From an uncultured Acidimicrobiaceae bacterium (lineage in GTDB: Bacteria > Actinomycetota > Acidimicrobiia > Acidimicrobiales > RAAP-2): 64,000 nt of DNA. Shown here piece after piece: positions 8,942 to 17,344 of the stretch (the stretch's first letter is position 1; every line of letters starts with the position of its first letter). Under the pieces are notes generated by a model. It was not told the origin of the DNA, made no database searches, and saw only the letters and a program-made list of their open reading frames with translations. The stretch spans positions 37,985-101,984 of the forward strand of contig CAVSXX010000002.1 of the NCBI GenBank assembly GCA_963732125.1. The letters are read 5' to 3'. A program made the position numbers and the translations under genes.

Positions 8942-9529
8942 ATGAGTGCGCCTTTGCCACCAGTCGCCGCGATACTGCTCACGGGTGGATCGAGCCGACG
9001 CATGGAGCGCGACAAGGCGAGCCTGGCCATCGATGGCACAACGCTTGCCAAGCGAACAGCTCACCTGCTGTTAGCCGTCGTCGATACCGCCGTTGAGGTC
9101 GGCCCCGGTGTGTCGGGGTTACCCTCGACCATCGAAGACCCATCGGGAGAAGGTCCCCTGGTCGCCATCGTGGCAGGTCGTCGAGCCCTTCGCGAGCGCG
9201 GTCACGCAGGCGCCGCCCTCGTCGTCGCGTGTGATCTGCCTCTCCTCAGTGAGCGTCTGCTCACCTTGCTTCGCGACTGGGACGCACCGGGCTCGGTTGT
9301 ACCGACGGTCGGTGGACTCCCCCAACCACTGTGTGCAAAGTGGGGAGCGAACGACCTCGACCACGCCGCCGCGTTGGTGCGCGTGGGCGTCCGGTCACTC
9401 CGACACCTCGTGAGCGAACCAGACGTCGTCATGCTTGATGAGTTGCAGTGGCGCGACACCATAGATGTTGTCGAGTTCTCCGACATCGACAGTCCTGACG
9501 ACGCGCGCCGACTCGGACTCGACCTGTAA
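8942..9529 (+). CDS. mobA: Molybdenum cofactor guanylyltransferase
   Basis: LLTGGSSRRMERDK, GPLVAI, VACDLP and DIDSPDD. TACGAT-7nt-ATG at 8942. Confidence 0.8.
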   Translation: MSAPLPPVAAILLTGGSSRRMERDKASLAIDGTTLAKRTAHLLLAVVDTAVEVGPGVSGLPSTIEDPSGEGPLVAIVAGRRALRERGHAGAALVVACDLPLLSERLLTLLRDWDAPGSVVPTVGGLPQPLCAKWGANDLDHAAALVRVGVRSLRHLVSEPDVVMLDELQWRDTIDVVEFSDIDSPDDARRLGLDL

Positions 9530-9545
9530 GCGACCTTCGGCCGAG

Positions 9546-9773
9546 CTAGTTGCCGGCGCTCTCGGCGAGGCCCTCTGCGAGTGCGCGTGCGTCGTTCGCC
9601 TCGAGGCCCGCACGCGCGGCCAGCCAGCACGCGACCGGCGCGGCCGTGCGCTCCGAAGAGTGCGCGGCAAGACCTGCGAGCGCGAGGATCTGGTTGACTT
9701 CCTCCTCGCTCGGCGCGTCGATACCCAGGGCGTCGCTGTAGGCAGCGAGCCACTCCATCGCAGACATGGTCAT
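9546..9773 (-). CDS. Small DUF6457-like protein (domain often fused to actinobacterial MobA)
   Basis: WLAAYSDALGI...ILALAGLAAHSSERTAAPVACWLAARAG pattern. TAGGAT-7nt-ATG at 9773. Confidence 0.7.
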   Translation of the reverse strand: MTMSAMEWLAAYSDALGIDAPSEEEVNQILALAGLAAHSSERTAAPVACWLAARAGLEANDARALAEGLAESAGN

Positions 9774-9880
9774 GGCGCTCATCCTACGGCGGGTCCGCAC
9801 GCATGAGCCCCGATAACCCACGTCACTATGCTCCTCTTTGCTCGACGGTTCGAGCTCGCGGAGCTAGGAATGTGAGGACC

Positions 9881-10708
9881 ATGAATCGTATTGCGCCACA
9901 GCGAGACACGCTTCGGGTGACCGTCGGAGAACCGGCCACGCATCGACGCGACACGCTGGCGGGCGAAGAGCCCTTGGAGCTCCGCGTGGACGGCACGTCG
10001 TTGGCGGTCACGATGAGAACGCCCGGCGCGGACTTCGATCTCGCAGCGGGCTTCCTCGTGAGCGAAGGAGTCGTGAGTAAGAAAGACGAGCTCGTGGCGA
10101 TGCGCTACTGCGCCGGGAAGGGCAACGACGGCGTCAACCAGTTCAACGTGCTCGACCTGTCGCTCGCACCCAGCGTCGCGCCGCCCGACGAAAGTGTGGC
10201 GCGCGCATTCTTCACCACAAGCTCATGCGGGCTCTGTGGGAAAGCTTCCATCGACGCCGTGAGAACGCGATCGCGATTCGACGTCCACGACGATCCACTG
10301 AAGGTCTCGTCCGAACTGCTTGCCTCCCTGCCGGCAAAGCTTCGTGCAGCGCAGCAGGTGTTCGAGAAGACGGGCGGGCTTCACGCGGCCGGACTGTTCG
10401 ACGCCAACGGCGAGCTGCTGACGTTGCGCGAAGACGTCGGTCGACACAACGCCGTCGACAAGGTCGTCGGCTGGGCGCTGCGTGAGGGCAAGCTGCCGCT
10501 GCGCGAAACGATCCTTCTCGTCTCGGGCCGGGCGTCATTCGAGCTCGTCCAAAAAGCTGCCATGGCGGGCCTGCCGATGCTTTGTGCCGTCTCGGCCCCG
10601 TCGTCGCTTGCCGTCGACCTCGCTGAGGAAAGTGGCATCACCCTCGTCGGATTCCTTCGCGATCCCTCGATGGTGGTGTACGCCGCGGCCGAGCGCGTCG
10701 CTGATTGA
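9881..10708 (+). CDS. fdhD: Formate dehydrogenase accessory sulfurtransferase FdhD
   Basis: EEPLELR, TMRTPG.DFDLAAGFL, SSCGLCGK, TGGLHAAG, REDVGRHNAVDK and SGRASFELVQKA. GAGGA RBS before ATG 9881. Confidence 0.95.
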   Translation: MNRIAPQRDTLRVTVGEPATHRRDTLAGEEPLELRVDGTSLAVTMRTPGADFDLAAGFLVSEGVVSKKDELVAMRYCAGKGNDGVNQFNVLDLSLAPSVAPPDESVARAFFTTSSCGLCGKASIDAVRTRSRFDVHDDPLKVSSELLASLPAKLRAAQQVFEKTGGLHAAGLFDANGELLTLREDVGRHNAVDKVVGWALREGKLPLRETILLVSGRASFELVQKAAMAGLPMLCAVSAPSSLAVDLAEESGITLVGFLRDPSMVVYAAAERVAD

Positions 10709-10805
10709 GGCTTGACCAAGCCTGCGACGCGGTAGAAAATCCCGCTCTCGACGTGAGCAGCGCTTGCTGATGCTCATTGTCGTGGAATGCAGATGGTGGT
10801 CGGCG

Positions 10806-11750
10806 TCACGACCACGAACGCGGCAGCACCGCTTCGATGGCCTCGGCTATAAGTGAGTAGCCCGCGTCGTTGGGGTGATCGTCAGGTCCAAACGGTGTGG
10901 TGTAGCAGAACCAGGTGAGTTCACAGGCCTGTTGGACATTGGTCGGAATCGTTCCCACATTGGGCACGGTGACAACCGCGTCGTTGTTCGTCTGAAACAG
11001 CGCGGGCACGTTGGCGACGGGTACGCCTGCGCTCGCGTAAATGCCATCGAGCAACCCGTCGAGTCGATCCATGCCGACAAGCGTGGCCGTGGCGTCCGCA
11101 GCGCCCACCGAAGGGTTGACGTAGTAGCCGAGGTAGGGATCGGCGTAGTCGACGCCGATGAAGTGCACGTTGGGTCCCGCCGATGACTTGAGGTCCTTCA
11201 ACACGATGGGAAGGTCGCGTTGGATCGCCACGATCGCCTGGCTCAGGCAGGTCTGGTTGACCGGGTCGGCCTCCATGCACGGTCGAACATTATTGAAGCC
11301 GAGGTCGACCGTGACCAGCACCTGATCCGCTCGATGCGCTTGGAGATACGCCTCGGCCTTGGTGAGCTGAGTGTCGGGCGCCTGGTAACAGGCGTCGGAC
11401 TTCGTCGTGTCGAGCAGCGACTGGATGGTGTCGCCCGGACAGCCAATCTGTTCGAGGGTGAGGGCGACACCCTTCAGCGCCTCTCGCAGCACGAGATCGT
11501 TCGCGTAACCGGTGTCAGTGCGCGCACCGTTGTGATGGGGGATGCCTGTCGGTTGAAACCCGAGCGATTCAGAAGCGCCCATGTCGAGATAGAAGGCACG
11601 CACTTTGATGGGCGTTGACGTCGTCGCCGAGGCTGCACCCGCATTGGCGGCTCCGTTGGCGTGACCAACGAGGTACGCTCCCGCTGCGACGGCGAGTACC
11701 GCGACGATGACGAGGACCAGCTTCCATCGCCGTACGCTCCTCGTCTTCAT
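10806..11750 (-). CDS. Secreted or membrane-anchored SGNH/GDSL-like hydrolase
   Basis: Basic then hydrophobic N-terminus. Blocks YLDMGASESLG, GCPGDT, TVDLGFNNV and DDHPNDAGY. Confidence 0.75.
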   Translation of the reverse strand: MKTRSVRRWKLVLVIVAVLAVAAGAYLVGHANGAANAGAASATTSTPIKVRAFYLDMGASESLGFQPTGIPHHNGARTDTGYANDLVLREALKGVALTLEQIGCPGDTIQSLLDTTKSDACYQAPDTQLTKAEAYLQAHRADQVLVTVDLGFNNVRPCMEADPVNQTCLSQAIVAIQRDLPIVLKDLKSSAGPNVHFIGVDYADPYLGYYVNPSVGAADATATLVGMDRLDGLLDGIYASAGVPVANVPALFQTNNDAVVTVPNVGTIPTNVQQACELTWFCYTTPFGPDDHPNDAGYSLIAEAIEAVLPRSWS

Positions 11751-11780
11751 CGAGTGGTCGTCAACTTGCTTCGCGCCAGG

Positions 11781-12557
11781 CTAGAAGTCGTCTCGAGCAT
11801 TCGCCTCAAAGTCGAGCAGCGTCTCGCTGCGCAAGCCGAGACGAAGGGTCTCGAGTGGGACGATGTCCGAAACCGAGATGTTGCCAAGGTTCGCGTTCGG
11901 TCCGACGCGCTGGATGAAGTAGGCCTGGAGTTCGGTCGAGGGCGCTTCGAAGAGTAAGCGATCGTGTTCGATCTTCGAATCAAGAATCTCTTCCACGAGG
12001 CCATAGCGCAACTCACCGTTCGAGCGGCACATGCCCCCCTGTCCACCCTCGCGCGTTTCGAGGGTCACGAGGATCGCCCCCGCGTCGATATCGGCCTGGA
12101 TGTAGCTGATCCACTTCACCGGAGCCATGACATCGGATCGGGCCTGATCCTTCGATCCCACCTCCGAGATCACCTGGAAGTCGTCGGACAGACGCTTGAC
12201 GTAGTCCGCTTTCTCGTCGTTCGTGATGTCGATCGTGCCGTTCGACACCTCGACAAAGCGACATCGATAGCCGTCGCACAGGAGCCGGAACTCGTCGAAG
12301 CGGTCCTGGACGACGTACTTCTCAAAGAGCGTGCCGCCGAGGTAGAAGTCGATGCCGGCTTCTCGAAGCACGTCCAACTTGGCTTGGAAGTCCTTCGTCA
12401 CGACCGACGTGCCCCACCCGAACTTGACGAAGTCGATGAGCTCGCCGAAGCTTCCGATGAGATCAACGAAGTGGCTGAACGGCTCCCCTCGATCGATCAT
12501 CATGGTGATACCGCGCGAACGCGGCTTCGAGCTCCGCTGGGGAAGAAGCAATGACAT
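11781..12557 (-). CDS. comA: Phosphosulfolactate synthase (ComA family)
   Basis: RGITMMIDRG, DFVKFGWGT, GGTLFE, VEVSNGTI, VISEVGSK, LETREGG, FEAP and GPNANLGNI...LETLRLGLRSET. Confidence 0.88.
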   Translation of the reverse strand: MSLLLPQRSSKPRSRGITMMIDRGEPFSHFVDLIGSFGELIDFVKFGWGTSVVTKDFQAKLDVLREAGIDFYLGGTLFEKYVVQDRFDEFRLLCDGYRCRFVEVSNGTIDITNDEKADYVKRLSDDFQVISEVGSKDQARSDVMAPVKWISYIQADIDAGAILVTLETREGGQGGMCRSNGELRYGLVEEILDSKIEHDRLLFEAPSTELQAYFIQRVGPNANLGNISVSDIVPLETLRLGLRSETLLDFEANARDDF

Positions 12558-12684
12558 GGAAAAATCGTAATTTCGAATGGTAAAGAATTGGTAAAGGCCC
12601 TGACTGGCCGTCGGTAAGATTCCGTTCAATTACTGGCGTTTGGACTTCCGAGCCGTCTTAGAACTTCCTGTGAATGAACGATCC

Positions 12685-12730
12685 GCACCCGACATTTCCC
12701 ACCGACACGAACTGGTGGTCAACGGGTGGC
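12685..12730 (-). terminator. Composite hairpin directly after the ABC ATPase stop
   Basis: On the minus strand CACCCG..CCACC..GGTGG..CGGGTG forms nested inverted repeats. Confidence 0.35.
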
Positions 12731-13471
12731 TCAGGACAACGGATCGCCTCGGGTGTCCGAGATGATCGACCCGTCACGCAATCGGATGCGTCGCTGCGTT
12801 CGCGACGCAATGTCCTCGTCGTGCGTGGCGATAATGATCGTGACACCGGATCGCTCGTGAAGGTCATGCAGCAACGCCATGAACTCCTTGGCGTTGGTCG
12901 AGTCGAGGTTGCCGGTGGGCTCATCCGCAATGATCACTTCGGGACTGTTGGCCAAAGCGCGCGCGATGGCAACACGTTGTTGCTCGCCACCCGAGAGACG
13001 CGAAGGAAGGTGCGCGAAGCGCTGCTCCAATCCCACCTGAGTGAGCAGCTCCTGAGCGCGGGCGGTTCGCTTTTCGTGAGATGGTTCGCGAGGAACCATT
13101 GCTATCGCCACGTTCTCCTCCGCCGTCAAGGTAGGAATCAGGTTGAACTGTTGAAACACGAATCCGATCTCCTGGGAGCGAATGTCGGTCAAGATCTTGT
13201 CGGATTCATTTTCCAGCGAACGTCCCGCAAAGTGGATCTGTCCTGACGACGGAGTGTCCAATGCTCCCAGCAGCTGCAGCAACGTCGTCTTTCCCGATCC
13301 GCTGGGGCCCTCGAGGACCAACATCTCGCCTCGATCGATCGTGAGATCGATGCCGCGAAGGGCGTTCACGACCACGCTTCCCTTCGAGTATGTACGGGCC
13401 ACATCGCGCAACTCATAGAGGCGCGAACCGGCGGGACTGGTGCCGTGATCATTGGTGAGTACCTCGGTCAT
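12731..13471 (-). CDS. ABC transporter ATP-binding protein (LolD/MacB-like)
   Basis: Walker A GPSGSGKT, signature [15 protein letters not shown], Walker [12 protein letters not shown] and H-loop ATHD. AGGA RBS before ATG 13471. Confidence 0.95.
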   Translation of the reverse strand: MTEVLTNDHGTSPAGSRLYELRDVARTYSKGSVVVNALRGIDLTIDRGEMLVLEGPSGSGKTTLLQLLGALDTPSSGQIHFAGRSLENESDKILTDIRSQEIGFVFQQFNLIPTLTAEENVAIAMVPREPSHEKRTARAQELLTQVGLEQRFAHLPSRLSGGEQQRVAIARALANSPEVIIADEPTGNLDSTNAKEFMALLHDLHERSGVTIIIATHDEDIASRTQRRIRLRDGSIISDTRGDPLS

Positions 13472-13499
13472 TGCGGGGTCCTTTCGATCAGTCCGAGGC

Positions 13500-15338
13500 T
13501 CAGCCGAGGTCTCGAAGAGCAGAAGCGGGGGAAAGTCGAGCGGCTCGCCATCCGCCGACCGCGCCCGCAATCACGCCGCCCAGCAGCGCACCGACGAATG
13601 CGAGCACGATAGTGAGCGGGTGGATGGGCGCCGTCAGGTGAACGGTCCTCGCGATCGACGCGCTGGTCGTCTGGTGGAGAAGGCCGCTAACGCTCGACGC
13701 GCCCACGGCGAGCCCCGTGCTCGTCACGCTCAATGCTGGCCCTACCGCTCCAATGATCACGCAGATGATGACTCCGAGAGCAATCCCCAGCACCCCGCCG
13801 ATGATGCCGATACCAATCGTCTCGGCCATGATCTGGCGAACCACGCGCCCGCGGGACCAACCAATAGCCCGCAACGACCCGATCTCTCGCACGCGCTTGG
13901 ACACGCTGGACAACGTCAATAAGCCGGCGATCAAGAACGCCGCCAGCAAGACCACCACAGCCAGCGCCCCGCCGAGATCATTGGCGAGCTTGCGGGCGTT
14001 GGAGAGGCTCCCCGTGACCTGATCGGCCAACGACGCCGACGTGAGTACCGTTGCGCCCGGCAGTTCCTTCTTGATCGCCTCGGCGACGCCATTGACATCC
14101 TTGGCGTTCGCCACGGACACCAGCACCTCGTTGATGCGGCCCGCGTTGCTCGACAGCGATTGCAGATTCGAGATGCTGAAGTAGACGTCAGAGACGTCCC
14201 CCGTCAACGTGGGGTTCACCAATCCCACAATCGTGTAATTGACCGAATTGATCGTGAGGGTCTGGCCGACCTTTAGCCCCTTTTGTGAGGCGTAGGCGGT
14301 GGTCACCAGCACCTGAGATTTCGCGGTGGAGGGGTTCGTCGACAGCCAGGCGCCCTTGGTCAGCTGTGCTTTGGTGACGAGTCCCGTCGTCGTGTTCGAC
14401 GGATTGACACTCGCCACGGTGTAGGTCGATGTCTGGGTGTTGGTCGTGGGCGGGTTGAGTACTTGTTCGACCGTTCGTTCGGGAACGACGACGTTCGCTT
14501 GGTAGGCCTTTTGCGCTGGCGTGAGGCACTTGGCAAAGGCCGAGCTCGCACCAGCGCCGAAACGGAAGCCTCCGCCTCCGCCTCCGCCGCCACCGAATCC
14601 CCCGCCGCCACCGAATCCACCGCCGCCGGGAGTTGTCGTGGTAGTCGTCGATCCGAGTTGCTTGTTGATGATGCCTTCAATGCACGTGCGCTCCGCCGCC
14701 TGTTGCGCCGCGGTCAGGACGGGAGGTTTCACGGAGGCCGAGATCGTCTGACCTCCGGTCTTTACCGACGCGGTGATCTTTGGAACAGTGCCGCTTTCGT
14801 GCAGGGCGTCAAGCGAGAGCGCTCCGACGGCGCTCGTGACTCCCTTCACCTTGAGTACGTCACCGACAGCCTGAGAAGGAAACGTGATGAGCGTGCCTGG
14901 CACGAAGAAGTCGTGCGTGAATTTGGTTCCCGGTTTACCGAGCTTCGCCAAGTCCGTGATGACCGAGGAGTTGGCCGCCGCAAGCGCCGCCGCATCGCTC
15001 GAATTCAGCGCACCTCCGCCACGGCCCGCGAAGAAGCCACCTCCGCCTCCGCCTCCGCCGAATCCCCCGCCGCCACCACCGCCGCCACCGCCAAAGCTGG
15101 GGGTCGTTGTCGTCGTCGTGGTGGTCGATAGCGTCGGCGCCACCGTGCGGGTGACGATGATGGCGGTTCCCACTGAGTTGAGCGGTGACAGCGCCTTGTT
15201 CTGGGCGTCACTGAGGCCCTGCGATACGCCGATGATGCCCATCACGAGACCGACACCGGCGGCGAGTCCGACCGCGGTCACGATGGTGCGACCCATTCGC
15301 CGTCGAAGCTCGTTCCATGCGTAACTAAAGGAAAACAA
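13500..15338 (-). CDS. ABC transporter permease, MacB/FtsX family, with a large Thr/Gly-rich extracytoplasmic loop
   Basis: TTG start after AGAAGG. YAWNELRRR plus one TM helix, a long loop, then RVREIGSLRAIGWSRGRVVRQI and RAARLSPASALR. Confidence 0.9.
   Translation of the reverse strand: MFSFSYAWNELRRRMGRTIVTAVGLAAGVGLVMGIIGVSQGLSDAQNKALSPLNSVGTAIIVTRTVAPTLSTTTTTTTTPSFGGGGGGGGGGFGGGGGGGGFFAGRGGGALNSSDAAALAAANSSVITDLAKLGKPGTKFTHDFFVPGTLITFPSQAVGDVLKVKGVTSAVGALSLDALHESGTVPKITASVKTGGQTISASVKPPVLTAAQQAAERTCIEGIINKQLGSTTTTTTPGGGGFGGGGGFGGGGGGGGGFRFGAGASSAFAKCLTPAQKAYQANVVVPERTVEQVLNPPTTNTQTSTYTVASVNPSNTTTGLVTKAQLTKGAWLSTNPSTAKSQVLVTTAYASQKGLKVGQTLTINSVNYTIVGLVNPTLTGDVSDVYFSISNLQSLSSNAGRINEVLVSVANAKDVNGVAEAIKKELPGATVLTSASLADQVTGSLSNARKLANDLGGALAVVVLLAAFLIAGLLTLSSVSKRVREIGSLRAIGWSRGRVVRQIMAETIGIGIIGGVLGIALGVIICVIIGAVGPALSVTSTGLAVGASSVSGLLHQTTSASIARTVHLTAPIHPLTIVLAFVGALLGGVIAGAVGGWRAARLSPASALRDLG
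14526..14684 (-). repeat. Thr-run/Gly-Phe cassette copy 2, bracketed by two Cys codons
   Basis: Encodes C..TTTTTTPGGGGFGGGGGFGGGGGGGGGF..C. Shares 21-bp (14569-14589) and 18-bp identical segments with copy 1. Confidence 0.85.
15011..15129 (-). repeat. Thr-run/Gly-Phe cassette copy 1
   Basis: Encodes a Thr run, then PSF and Gly runs split by Phe. CCTCCGCCTCCGCCTCCGCCG at 15040-15060 is identical to 14569-14589. Confidence 0.85.
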
Positions 15339-15452
15339 GGGACACCTTCTGCGATCGGATGCGCTCAGCAAATCTTGACTGCCCCAGAAGAGTAACCATC
15401 ACTCGACTGATCAAGGGAGCAGTTTTGGGCGCACCGATGCATTTTTAAGGTG

Positions 15453-15470
15453 GTCTTACGGGAGTCTTAC
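15453..15470 (-). promoter_or_regulatory. Tandem 7-bp direct repeat with 11-bp period upstream of the ABC operon (winged-helix/OmpR-like box candidate)
   Basis: GTCTTAC occurs at 15453-15459 and 15464-15470, next to an A/T tract at 15441-15448. Confidence 0.4.
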
Positions 15471-15648
15471 CGACCGCGCTGTTCGCGGCGCTCCAACGTC
15501 GGCGACTCTCACCGAGGGTTCTCGCGTGGCGGCCTCACGTCGTTTACGTGCCAGCGGGGCGCGGCCATCGCGCGAACAACGGCTGCTCGATGGCTTTTTT
15601 ACTCTGACGCAACAGAACCGAACGCGTATGTTCCTGATCCTGACGAGA

Positions 15649-15691
15649 GATCTCCGAGGCGACCCCTATGAGAGGAGCCGTCTCGGAGATC
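15649..15691 (-). terminator. Long hairpin after the secreted-protein gene
   Basis: Perfect 10-bp arms GATCTCCGAG/CTCGGAGATC with further inner pairing, 10 nt past the stop at 15701. Confidence 0.6.
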
Positions 15692-15700
15692 AGTGCGTCG

Positions 15701-17344
15701 TTAACGAATGGTGTAAGCGACCGAGGTCCTCTTGCCATTTCGGAACTGGATGATGAATCGATACGTCCCTCGATGCGCGGAGCCCACCACACGGACGCGC
15801 ACGTAGAGGTGCGTGCTCGTGTAGCGCACCAGCGACGCAACGGTTCCGGAGTGGCCGATGATCCTCGCGCCGGCGGTGAAGTTACGTCCGGTGATGACGA
15901 CGATATCGGTGTGGCCGATGATTCCCCAACCAATCACGCGCACTGCCGTAGGCGGAGGGGTCTTGGTGGGCGGAGGCGTAATCGAGGCGCCGGTCACGGT
16001 GAGCGTGTACGTGAATGTGCCGCTGTCGCCGGCCGGATCAGCCGTCGTGCCCGAGGCCGTGTAGCTACCGGCCGCGAGCGCGCCCGTCGTCGTCACCGCG
16101 CCTGAGTCCGAGACCTTGAGGGAGGCACTGCCCGCAGTCTGGGTGTAGGACACGAGGCCGGTGTTGCCGCTCGAGGCGAGCTGGGCCGTGAAAGCCGCGG
16201 AGTCCGCAGCGGTCACTGTACCCGCGACGGGGAGATTCTGACTCAGGGTCTTTGCCACGACGTTGAACGTGAACGAGGCGTCGATGTAGGGCGCTGCCGA
16301 GCCACAGACCTGAGCGGAGCTCGAGCTGTTGCTCGGGTACGGCGTCGTATTCACCTCGCACAGGTACACCGTGTAGGTGGTGCCCGTCGTCGTAGTCGCA
16401 GGCACCGTCAACGTGCCCCCGAGCACAGGACCATAGAGCGTGCCGCTGGCGTAGCAGTCGTTCGAGATCGTCACCCCGGTCGCCGGTCCCGCCGACGCGG
16501 GCGTCGATGAGCCCGCCGCGTACCAGGCTGCAACGAGCATGGATGATGGGACGTTGCCGTAGCCGCCACCGGGTCCGCACGTTGAGGGAGCTACCGCGGG
16601 GGCCGAACCTGCGTCGAGCGCCTGCACGGCCTGGATCGCGCTGCCCCACCAGTAGCCGGTGTTGCCGGTCGCGTCAGACACGTTGATGAGGCTGCTGGGA
16701 GATCCGCTCGTCTGAAGGGCCGAGATGGTCGGGGCATTGGGGGGAGTCGTCTGACTCGCATACTGCACCAAGTACTCACCGCCTGGCACCTCTGCTTCGG
16801 AAGATGTGGCTACCGCAACCGCGCACCCGAAGATTCCTTCATTGATTTGGGCCTGCGTGGGCGGACACTGTGCGTTGGTGTCACTCGCGGTAAACGTCGC
16901 GGGCACCGCGAAGGTCGCGATCGTGCACGATCCCGCCGTTCCCGCCGGACACCCGGTGTCAGTGGCGCTCGCGGTGAAGGTCCCGAGTGATGACGTGTCG
17001 GCGAGCGACGTCTGCGAGACCGTCGTTGCCGAGAGACCGGCGAGCAGAGATGCCTCTGCCGCGAGGTCGGCACCCGATGACGCGTTGCAGTCGAACATGA
17101 TCTGGGTCTTGCCGGCCACGACGCCGGTGATCAGCGTGGTGCCAGTGACAAGCTGTCCACCACCCGTGACGGTGACGTTGCATGGAGCAGTCGGCGTGAC
17201 GCTCGGGCTCGCGGCGACTGCCGATGCGCCGCCTGCGCTGACGAGTGCGATGCCCGCGACAATGGCCAGGCATGCGCCAACCGAGAACGCGGAGGACATT
17301 CCACGGCGAGTTCGCGAACGACCGGTGAAGAAGAGCTTTCTCAT
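15701..17344 (-). CDS. Secreted Cys/Thr/Ala-rich multidomain protein (about 547 aa) with beta-sandwich/Ig-like modules
   Basis: GGGAGA RBS and signal peptide ending in ASA. About ten Cys in the N-terminal two thirds, an Ig-like segment, a PPPTKTPPP linker and a basic IPT/TIG-like C-terminus (VVITGRNF). Confidence 0.75.
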   Translation of the reverse strand: MRKLFFTGRSRTRRGMSSAFSVGACLAIVAGIALVSAGGASAVAASPSVTPTAPCNVTVTGGGQLVTGTTLITGVVAGKTQIMFDCNASSGADLAAEASLLAGLSATTVSQTSLADTSSLGTFTASATDTGCPAGTAGSCTIATFAVPATFTASDTNAQCPPTQAQINEGIFGCAVAVATSSEAEVPGGEYLVQYASQTTPPNAPTISALQTSGSPSSLINVSDATGNTGYWWGSAIQAVQALDAGSAPAVAPSTCGPGGGYGNVPSSMLVAAWYAAGSSTPASAGPATGVTISNDCYASGTLYGPVLGGTLTVPATTTTGTTYTVYLCEVNTTPYPSNSSSSAQVCGSAAPYIDASFTFNVVAKTLSQNLPVAGTVTAADSAAFTAQLASSGNTGLVSYTQTAGSASLKVSDSGAVTTTGALAAGSYTASGTTADPAGDSGTFTYTLTVTGASITPPPTKTPPPTAVRVIGWGIIGHTDIVVITGRNFTAGARIIGHSGTVASLVRYTSTHLYVRVRVVGSAHRGTYRFIIQFRNGKRTSVAYTIR

